Source: Phoronis australis
Lineage: Eukaryota > Animalia > Phoronida
DNA length: 64,000 bases
Direction of reading: 5' to 3'
NCBI GenBank assembly: GCA_002633005.1
Contig: NMRA01000188.1
Coordinates: 596,377 to 660,376 of the forward strand
This document shows positions 41,101 through 53,100 of this stretch, piece after piece. The notes under the pieces are model-generated. The model had not been told where the DNA came from. It did no database searches and was given only the letters and a program-made list of their open reading frames with translations. The translations under genes and the position numbers were made by a program. The number at the start of each line of letters is the position of its first letter. Position 1 is the first letter of the stretch.

Positions 41101-44100
41101 TATTAAATAAGGTGTGAGACAACCTTAAATGGCCCCCTTAACTGTGTTTACAAGTACGAAAATGTTCACGAGTGCAACAGCCATATTGTTTTAACTCCCA
41201 GGAAGTAATATCAACCAATGGTGATAAATAATGAGCAAATAATAATAATAATAACAATTGTTATACCAGAAAATTTGAAAATATTGTGATTACTGTCATT
41301 CGTGTAATTACGTTTCTTTTTTAAAGACGTCACAAGTAATCCACTATTAATTCACATGTTAAACAAGACAGTAGCTGCTCAGAAAAGGGCATATACCCAT
41401 GTCTACAACATGTAAGTGACTATTTTCACAAACAAGAAATAATATCAGTGTTTGGCCAAAATAGAAGTAAGAACTAAGTTGAAAACAGAAACAACGCTAG
41501 AGTGCTGCATGAAAATGACATTTAGATATTAATCAAATATCATTCTCAGATACAATAGCAGACAGAAAACAAAATATCGTAACAGAATGTTCACTTCACA
41601 CCTCAATGCATGGCACAAAATCTGTCAACTAGAAACTCTATCAAAACTCCAGCCTGTAAGTTCCAACATTTTTATTGAGTGCCCTCTCAGCACAGAGGCC
41701 TGCATGTAAAAGCCTCACGGATTAAAAATTTGAAACAGTTGATGACATTTGATTAAAATCGAAGCGTTGTTTTCATCATACACTCTAGCACCATTGTTTT
41801 CCACTTCTTACAAACAAGAAATAGTTGATTTGATTTAACTCTGTGATCTTTAAACTATCTAATTGTAGGAATAATATTCGACAGAAATCTGTACCAAATA
41901 AAACAGGGAGACAACAGAAGGGCTTAGTGGCTTAAACAGATCTACCCCATGGCTTCTTAAATTTCCTGCAAATACTACCACGTCTTTAGCACTTAACAAT
42001 GCTAAACAATACAAAATAGTCACTTATACAGGTACCTGATATTGAGAACCAATTCGATGCCTGCCTATTATTCAGTAGAGAAAAGTGGTTCTGGAAACGG
42101 CATTATAATACGTACCTCATTCTTAAAGTCAAAGTCAATGGCGGCACTCTTTGGTCGGCTGGGTTTAGGAGGGTAACTCAAGCCCGAGGATGAGGGTGCT
42201 GTGGAGGGGCGAGGCTCTTTGTATTGCGGCGGGAGAGATGCCTCATCAGATGCTGTAGCCTGAAGAAAGAAAATAGAAAATTACTGAAATAATCATGGAG
42301 TAATTTCAGAGCATTAACAGTATTTTGATTCAAAGCACATCGCAGCATTGTCACTTGGATTCAGCCAGGCCAACAACTGATTAAATTAAGGTAGAAAAAT
42401 TAGTCACACCTTAAAAATTTGGGACATTACATGTATTTCGGAAACAGGTGGCAATTATTTCAAAAAAATAAATTTAAATCGCACAGTAATTAAAATTATT
42501 GTGATTTGGGTAATTTCAGATTTTTCTCCTAAATCACAAATTGTAAAGACTTCACATTTTCTGACAAACTAAACTTCAGTGCGACTCACTATATCGGCAG
42601 TCCTCTAAGTTAATTTAAAATTTTACCATGATATCTCATTTGCTATACTTTTCTTCTTTCTAATTACAAACAAGAAATAGTTAGACACAAATGTCACAAA
42701 CAGTCACTGAAAATGACCTATCCAAATGTATGGGTTTAGAAAAATAGAGTAAATAAGATAACTGTATTTAAGTAATGCTGAACAGTATACAGGAATAACA
42801 CAAACAAAGGGAATTCCTGAATAACACAAACACCGAGGTTTTCTGAAGCTAAAATCTTCACTAAACTTCTCAATTACCTGAGGAAACTCGATATCAACAA
42901 CTTTGCTCAAAATATATAACGGCAATGAAAAAACACAAAATTAATATATATAAAAAATATATCTTAAGAGAATAGTTTAGCCTGCTTTAAATTCATCCCT
43001 CTCACCCAGTCAATGTAGCTAATACATGAAATGGTGGACAAACAGTGATTTAAATGTCTGACAGAGGTCTACCCAGATTTAGTCCTGAGAACAAACAGCA
43101 AAAGTAGTCAACGACTCCAGTGCAATGGAAGTAACACCCAACCATCCAGATCCACAAGTTAGTAATCTGCCCAAAGACTCAGTAAAGCACATTACATATT
43201 ACTGTTATACTACTCTGCAGGAGACCTCTGCTCTTCTAATAAATTTGTTTACACAACAGATTTTACTAACTCTAATAGACTGCCTCATACTTTGTACAAA
43301 CACAGACAGGAAAATGTGGAGAAAACACACAAAATGAGCATTTCAGTTAAGCTATAATCGATTGTGCTTGTTTTAAGGATGCCAGAGTGTGTTTCATAAC
43401 AGTAAAACATCCACAGAAAGGATTTTGGTGAGAGCCTTTCCATTCACAGTAAAATGAATGACAATTTTTGAAAATTTAATGAAAGTTCAACCATGTCAAG
43501 ATAAAAATTCAAAACTACCAAGATATCACTCACAATTATCAATTTTCTTAAATCAACAGAATGTATGGTAAATTTATCTCGCCACATTAGGGCAAAAATA
43601 AAATTGCAGCACTCGATTTGGCGACCTGCAGGTCCACAATGTGCAGGTCGACAACGCGACCTCAAATTGTGTTTGGCGACCTGGGAAAATTACAAGTTGC
43701 TGCGAAGAAGCCACTGCGAGTATCAAAGTCAGACAATAATTCCCTCTAAATTCGTTTCATGGGTCGTGTTGACTTCAAACTTTAAATTGATAACAGTCTT
43801 CCTAGATTTATTACCTTTGATTCACAACTGTTACATTGATTTCATGAAATCATTCATTTGCCACCACGTTTAAATTACAACAGGAAGTAAGTAGACAAAA
43901 CTCATGCTGCCAGTCCATACAGTCATCTGCGTTCTATACCATATGCCTAACGGAGAGAAGGTGGGCCAAAGATTGTAAATCCCCATATTTTGGAATCACA
44001 AAAACAGTGCAAAATTTACAGGGAAGAATTCAGACAATAAAAAGAATCATACCATGGTAGTAATTAGCAAGATAGACACTAAATGTACAATGCAACAGCT

Positions 44101-47100
44101 TTATCTACTAACCTGGGCAGCTACTGAAGTCGGCCTGCTCTCCTCTCCTAATTCGTATATCTCCTCACCAAAGCTCAAATGTTCATCAGGAATGTCTTCC
44201 TGCTTCGTGTGAGTTTCTTTCTTAACAAGTTCACTCTTGAAAATCTGTTGTCCTTTCTCTTTCTGATACTTTTTTCCAAAGTGCTGAAGAAACGAGATCA
44301 TTTTCAAGCGACTGTAATATCAGGGTAGAGGCAGCCCCAGTAATCACAACTCCAGAAATCAACAGCTCATTCAAAATTTGCAGTGCAGAGAAATCGGTAA
44401 TGTGAGATTTTTGTGTCTGTTTCTGGTAAAACTAGATTGCACTTCAACCGTGCACGTTTTCTTGAAATAAGAGCCCTGGGTGAATTAAAAATCCTTGATG
44501 CACGTTATGATCACTGGGCTCAAACATCCAAATCTTCGAGACAGAAAAATTTTAACCAATACTTACTGGTTCACAGTGTAGAACGTGCTTGTTAGCCTGG
44601 TACCAGGAGTAGATTTTCTTCAAATCTTGTCGTTGTTTGCTACGTTTTCTAAAAAACACAAAAGTGAAACTTAACAGGGATTTTACAAATTAAGGCACGG
44701 TCACAGAAATTTTATCTTGTGGCCAAATCAAAAAATAAATGACGCAACAGCAACACCAGACAGCATACCTTTACATTACTATCTTGGCAGTTCACATAAC
44801 TTAAAACAATACCATACAGAACACTCAAGATGTGATGACTTTCAACACATCAATAGTTCGCACATTGATTTTCTGTCGTGTCGCATAGATGGCAACAAAA
44901 GTCAAACACCCAGCAACGTTCCAACCTAACTAATTAATTGGCGTTATTTCCAATAATAACCAGTTCCCAGATAGTTTTTACAGATAATCATTGCTTGATT
45001 GGCACTTTAAACTCTGGCCCCGCGGGAGTAACAGGATCCAATACCCTGAACTCAATTCAATCAGATAAATAAAATGTTTTCAGCCATACCAGACAAACAG
45101 AAGGGAATGCTGGGAAAATTTTTAGATCAAAACAAATTCCAAAACAAAAACAGTGATAAAATTCTACCAACTATGAATTACTGTCAGAGCACTAATTGGA
45201 ATGATTGTATGGACCAAACTGCCCCATCCCAAGGACTCATTAACAACCCCATATCTCGTGCAACACACTTTGAAAGGACACAGTGTCAGTAAATATGTTG
45301 CTGAATCTTCAACATCCCTTAAGAAGATAAAGGCACTGTAGTCTTTTTAAATTCATGAATTAATACCAGGTGTGCCCACATTTCAGCCCAGGTGACATTC
45401 AACCTGAGCACATGATGTATTTTAGCCAACCAACAAAACAGTCATACTGGATGAGCCCACAATGTCTACTATGATAGTCCAACATCTTTGTCCATTTTAG
45501 TTGCTTTCAAAAAATTGCATAAAGGATGAGGGTACTACTTTTTCAGTATTGTTGCACTATTACCTCTTATGTGTGCAGTGTAAAACTATTGGGTTGTGAT
45601 CAAGTAAGGCACATGTCTATACAAACTCTTAAGTGGTTCTTTAACACAATAGCAAAATCACCAGGGTGCCAATCTAACACAAACAAACTCAGCCTTATGT
45701 CAGCTCTACATTGTGAGCCATCACCTTGTATTCACCTGTCAGGTGAGACCTATTGATGACAGATAATAAAACCATCCATTGGTGGCACAATAAGCATCAA
45801 TAGGGGCACCTGGGAGGCATGCTTCACCCTTTGATAATTGGATTTCCTGACTAAGCTTTGCAATGCCAAAATGGGCTACCATTGCCATCTTCAGCAGTCA
45901 GGTTACCAAAAGAGGTTATCAAAACAAACTGGAGACATTTATCAGTTTCAAACTGAAATGTCAGAAACTATGAAAAGCATTCCTCTGGTGGTAGTCTTCC
46001 ATTGCAACCCAATGAACTTTTATCAATGAAATTATAAGGTCAAAAATTCAGTTCATTTTGATCTAGTCGAACACGCCGTCTCATCTTGAACAAAAAACTA
46101 CATGTTCAAAAGCTATCAGCGAGTTCTTAAAATTCTCAATAGCAAAACTTGAACCATGCATTCAATGGGTCACAGCTCAAAGATACAGTAGGTCTCCGGC
46201 AATAAAAATTGATGACTTGCCGAATTTATTCAGTCTTCTCGTTGACTGAAATAACTTTTTTTAAAACATGGTTTGATGGCAGCCATGTTTTAGTGAAAAA
46301 AATATAAAACAAAATCCCGCTTGTCTGTCACACTGTGTCTTAAGTTGGAGACATAATATCAAAGGATGTTTTGAAGTCTACTTTTAAAGCTTAGCAATTC
46401 ATGTTTGGAAAAATAGAAAAATGAAGCTAAAGTAAAAATTTCAACATTCAAAAATGTTTCATAAAATACAGCAGCGGAAACACTTTACACCAGTGCAAAT
46501 GTTTCACAGAATAAGATTGTGAAATCATTTCACGAATAGTGAAAATGTGACGCTGTGCCCACTGGCAAAGTGAACAAACCTCACCACAGAAACATTTTAC
46601 ACCATGGATAACAAGTAAACATGATTGACAAAATATAGTGAGTGAATAATGACACCAAACATTTTCACAGTACTTGATGTATTCAGTTTGTGATCGTTTA
46701 CACGAACACGGCCAAAAGAAATGGAGAATTCAAGTTACCTGGTGCAGGTTCGATGCCAACAGACCATCAACAGGTACAAAATTCTACACTTCAACTGACA
46801 TTTAGGCTGTCATACACCTTTATATTAGTTCCAAGACCACTGCTTCTGTTTGTTTTGAACCTAAAAGCCTTGCATGCCTATTGACTATAGCTTCAAATGT
46901 GACACAATGCAAGGATTAACTGAAACTAGATTCCAACTGCAGACACTTGAACTATACTGGAAATGTCAAATTGTAATCTAAAGCGCCACCTGATGAAATG
47001 ACAGCAAATCAATCTTAAAGTCGTTATAAGGCATGTTGTGGTGTCAAGAACAATTTCCTCCATAGGTGTGTACAGTTCTTCCAAAACAATACTATTGAGA

Positions 47101-50100
47101 TTTTTTCCTTTGCATATAACTATTCTAGCTCTTTGTCAGTAATAAAAAATTAAAAGTGTGCACAACAACTGTTTCCTGGTCAAAAATTTGGTTAAACGTG
47201 ATTGAAAGAATATTAAAAAATGAATCCATGTGATATTGTTAACTCTGATCAGCGTTTGTATATCCATCGAGTATATCAATACGCGTGGTAGTTTATATTC
47301 AATGGTACCCAATGGCAGTAGCTTTTAGATTATTAGTTCATAGATTTTTAAAAATCGAAAACCGTACTTGGTTGTTTTTTCCCAGCTGAATACCGCTGTG
47401 GTGTTCGTTTATAACGAAAATTAGTGGTCAATGCATTTTGAAAATTTGCCATTATGTACAGTCAGAGATGTTTGATACAGTTTATGGCCATATAATTACA
47501 TTTAATTGGGTCTTGCTCACATCGGGCAATGCAGTCATCACAATTGTACCTGATTCTGGCGCCGCGCTCTCTTTGATCCTGCTACAAGCTGTTGAGAAGG
47601 ACGAGCAGTGAAAATTCCCGTCTGTCTTCAGAAATGCGTGACTTCCTTGTAGGTGTATTATTCATGGTATGAAGGTGCCCGGTCACTTAGTTTATTACAT
47701 CTTTGTTTCAGTTTTATATAAGCATTGCTTAGGGTGAGAAATAATGTAGAAAATATATCTGAAACTAAATAAGGCGATCCAGATCCTCCCAAGGATACTA
47801 TTGTTTCGTGAAATGAAGAATATAAATCGGTAAATAAAACAACAAGAATGGATCAACTGAAATTTGAAATTTTCGGAGGTAACAACTTCCTTTATCAACA
47901 AAAACAGAAATAAAGAGAATAATTCATTTTGAAACATTTTGAAATTTTATTCTTCAACAATATGCACTTATAATTTTTTCAAAGGGTGAAAGGGTGAACA
48001 AGGAAAATGGGTCAGGACTTTCACTCACACACTCACACACATTCACACACTTCGTCATTTAATGATAATACCACTAAACAATATATGAATTAAATATATT
48101 ACAGATATTACAGATTCATTGCATGGCAGCATTGAGGCTCTCCCACACTTTAGTATTAATGTTGTCCGTTTCTTTTTGTTTTTGAAAATTAAATATTGTA
48201 ATTTTGATATATTTTGACATGAATAACTTAAGGGCAGACCAATCTGGATGCAACTGCTTTTGGCTACGTAAATAAATAAAATATTGGGCGATAGTGATAA
48301 CATAATTAACCAACAAGGAGAATTCAGAGCTTAAATGGCAAAACATGAATTCATTCTTGGTTATTCTGACGTCTTCCTTAAGGGAAGATGTCAAAATATC
48401 CTGAACATTAATCAACAATCTTTGCACTACATCACAAAGGAAAAACATGTGTTCAGTATTCTGTACTAGATTACAATAGGGACATTTATCTGAATTAACA
48501 ATCTTCATTTTATATAACAAAGAGTTAGTATACACTCTGTTATGTAACAACATATACTTAAAAGATTTAATGCATGGTTCCAGGGGAAGTGTAAAAGGCA
48601 AGGAATAAATTTTTCGGATATCTTGTTTGGAGTAATGCTGCAACAATTTTTCATAATTGTCTGGTTTTTTTGCAAAACTTTGGTAACAAAATACTCTTGA
48701 TTTTTTCTTTTGCAATTTTATTATAATCTAAGCAAATTTTATTGTTGCAGCCAACCAATCGCTGATGACTTTGATCATTTTTTCTAGATAAACATACATA
48801 TTGAATTAAAACTTAGAATTTGAGAATTCAACAATTCATATTTTGCCTTGAGCACCTTCCATGATAAAAGTTTATTTTCTGCATCAAGAAAGTCATTGAT
48901 GAAACATAGCCCATTCTTAGCAAACTCTTTATAATATAGTGACTCATTAAGTGTTGCACAAATAAAAAAGTTCATGTTGAATTCAACGTTTCACCTTTTC
49001 ATTTGACATCATGATCCTGATGATGTCTAATGAAAAGACGAAACGTTGAATTGAACATAAACTTTTTTATTTGTGCGGCGATCACCCAGTTTTTGATCTT
49101 GTTGTGGCCAAAACCTGATTTAATTCATTAAGTGTTATCTCTCTGTTATGCTATATAATCTGATCACAAACAGGTACATCATTCTTTAAAAGCATTGTGA
49201 TTCAACTGCTCACTAACTGACAAAACCTCTCTATAAAAATCATCATTTACCATTCTAGATAGTTTGTTTACTTTAAAATTACATGACCACAACAGTTCAC
49301 CACCATAATTCTTGAGGATGTATTGTGGATAAAACTTCCAACTTCCTCATTCAGAAGACTGAAGTCTTTTAACCCAGTTGACTAAAAGGCCTTCCTTTAT
49401 AAGGAGATGTCAGGAACTTTTCAACCACCATCTTCATGAGAGGTCATGGTAATTGTTTATGTTTCCATGGCCAGCTACAATTCTCCATAATCAAAAACTG
49501 ATCAACAACCGATCCGTATTGTTTTGTCTCCTGCCTTCCGAACCCAAACACACTAGGCGCAACGTCTGACTTCATACTCAGTCTCTTTTTCTGCCCTGGC
49601 GTGAGCTGTTTGGTAAGCCGGCATTCGATCGTCAGTGAAATCACTGTAGACGAAATGCCGACCACAGACACCGAGAAGTTTCACGGCCTCATACTTAATT
49701 GGTGTTACGGCATACTTTTCATTCTTCACTACCGCGAACCACTTCCGAAGCATTGTGTGCTCTCGAGGAAATCGAAAAAAAGATATACCTGCTTTCCTCG
49801 TAGCTTCATAGTTCGCACAAGTGGGTACGATACACCACTCCATAGCGGCACTCACTCTGCAGAAGAACCACTGATGTCGCTGAGTCGTTTCTCACCTTCC
49901 TCACAGGTTAACGCGACACCTCTCGGCAAGGTGAGATCGACCGTATACGAGGTGATGTGGATATAGACCGATTAAGATGATAAAAAAAGACTACTTAAAT
50001 CAGGTGGCATTCTCCTTTAAGTTTTCCAAATAGCGTACTTAAGATTTTTAAGTTCCTATGGAGTCGGGATTAACTGCAATCCAAATCTGGGCTAGATCGC

Positions 50101-53100
50101 ACCCAGCAACAAGTGAAAAATCTGGACGAACACAAATGTTGTTGTCACGTGACGTTTGTTTTGAAGTTAGTCTGCAGGTGTGCGCCGAGTGAGTGTCATC
50201 AGAGTTCATTTGCCAGACTCGGTAGCAGGCCCACATACTAACATATATGTGGGCCCTAGCGGGCACTTCTTGGCCACGTGCTCATAAACACTGGCCAAGT
50301 TTCGATTCGCGGTTTTTACGTGTACAAAAGTAATCTGCTTTCCTGTTGAGGGAGAAGAGCTGTACGGGAAAGATATAATACAATCCGTAGGCAAGTACTC
50401 TGCGTCTGTTCTGAAAGACCTGGCCATAATGGGACACGTTCCTCACAAGATCAGCAGAACTTTTGCATTCTTTTTGAAGTGTACAGTCGCGGCTAAATAG
50501 CGGCAAGGCTTGTGGTCTAGAAATTCCGCGCACAATGATTTTCAGGACTGTCGGATATTATTGATAAATTGAAGACATTACTGTAGAATTTTAGAACTGT
50601 AGGTAAGGCATTTTTCGCATATGTACACGTTCATGGGCTGTACTCTTATTTTAGCGAAGTCTGAAAACGAGTGCGGGGGGGTCGCTTATACGGGCATGGG
50701 CGCTTATTAGAACGAATGTTATTATTTACAAAATAATTTTGGCTAAAATGACATTGCATTGTACATTACAATAAGAAATCAGTTCCAAGAATAATGGTAT
50801 TTCACTTGCTGTGAGCACATGGACCGGTCTTCCGCCTAGTCCAAAAATTCTTTTGTGCACGACCACACACTGTGTCCTTTGTCTAGACCAATCGTGTAAC
50901 AGGTGACATCTACTGAATCGGTAGGATCGCACTGCACCGATGTTTTTTAGTGCCGGAGCATCGACACGCTGACTAAACTGAACCTTAAATTCATGACAAA
51001 AACAGCACAAGGAGGAGAAAATTTGTTCATGTTCATGTTCATCTGGGAAACGATAGTGTTTTTGCACTCAGAAAATTCGCTCGCCACCTGGGCGACCGGC
51101 AAGTCAACTTGTACTCACCCAGCGCCATTTTTACTCACATTAGCCACTGGGCAAGTGGCTAAGTATATCCCTGTGAACACAGTACATATTGTGAGCTCAA
51201 AATTCTAAAGGTGGCGCTAGTGAGACCAGGATAATACTTGTGTAAGTCCAAGCAGTCAAGAAGTCATGTGTTAACACTCTCAAATCACAAATGGCTGGCG
51301 CACAGGTGTCTGTTCTCAATCTATTAAAACCATAAGAAATAATCATGCATATCCAATGAATCTTGAGTCTCCCATTATCTCTTGCCTTCCAGAGCTCAGT
51401 CAGTTCATGAATAACTGTGAGTAAATATTGACCAAAAACGAATGTATTGTCTTCGATCCCAATTCCCTGGGAATCAAAAAACAGACATTGAAGAAATGAC
51501 AGCTATTTCTCAAGAGTTACAGACTTGTAATCAAGCCATGATCAATAACTCCCTCTGTTGGTAGAAACAAAGTGATCTTCCATCATAAAATGCATATTTT
51601 GTAGAGGCTACTAAAATTGGAAAAAACACCTTGAATAAGAGAGGTTTTGATTCCAAAAGTACAAGCAGAAAATTTTGCAAATCCCAAATTTTGAGTTTTT
51701 TATTCAGTAATTTTTAAGGTTTGACTTTTCTGGTCTTGGGCGTGTTATTTTTCACCAACAAAGTAGCACAACACCGCCACCATCAGAAAGAATACTTCAA
51801 GACGAATTCCTGTATTACGTCACAAATTCCTCTTATCTTTTGATTTTGAGTTATAAAAATCAATTACGGTAAAATTTCATTTATCAATTTTGGATAAAAA
51901 TGCCTATTTTCCATTCTAACATTGAAGTGAATGCCTACAATTTTTCAAAACTTTGTTTGATGGTACCTGTGGTACACAAGAAGCAATATCATTCAATTTA
52001 GTGCTACACATGCTTTACGAAAACAGCATTAAAATAAAATTCCACTTGACAGCTATGTCGTGTCCTAAAACGTGAGATAATACAGTAAACGTAGTAACTA
52101 TAGCAACTTGAGTATTTTTCTCACTTGCTTCCCAAAATTTGAAGCAAACCTACTACCTCATACAGAAATATGTGACTTAGTCATGGCAAAACATCAGGGT
52201 CCCTTTATCATTTGTTAGATAACTTGTTGGTTATCTGCTCAAATGTTTTACATCATTTTCAAAGATTTTTGCTAATTTTTGTCAGTACTAGAAACCGTGC
52301 CCTCGCACGTTTTCATTTTTAGCTTTTAAGCTATTCAACTTTCTAAGATACTACAATAACATCCACAAGACAGTCACTCAAATAATGTTACAGGAAACAC
52401 GGCATTATGGGTACTCACTTTTCTGGGGACGTATGCACCTCAACCATCATTTTAATGAGGATGTTGTAGAACCGTGTGTCTTTGCATGCTTGCTCCCTGC
52501 AAAATGAGACATACAGTCAAGTTAAAACATGTCAGGGAACCAACCACGGTTATTACTATTTTCACAAGCCTTCAAAAGGAGACTTTCTCCACTCTCCCTA
52601 CACGTGTACAAAATCAAAACATAGACTGGAATTTATTTACATAAACTTTCCATAAACATCAACAATTAGGGAAGTACCCGGATATAACATCAAAGAATCA
52701 GTATGTTAAGCTGTTTATTGTTTTGCCACATTTTCAATGTTACGTATAACCCTATTTCACAAACAAATGTTTTAAAAATATTGGTTAAGCATACAATAAA
52801 ACATGAAAGGAATCCAGTTATATTATTAAGTGTTTCAACAAACACAATGAAACACTAAAGGTTCACAGACCCAACATGAGATCTCGCAAATTAGAGGCGA
52901 TCCAAAGTTAGAAATATTGCTACAATCCTATCTAGGCTAAGTTCTGAAACTTTGTGATGACATACAGTTTAATACATTACAGTAACTGTGACCACCATCA
53001 ACCATGGTCTGGAGCAAAAACTGAGTTTAAAAAACAGTCAGCGTTCGACTGTTGACACAAAAAATGCATTATCAGCAAATGTTTGAGCAAGACATCAACC

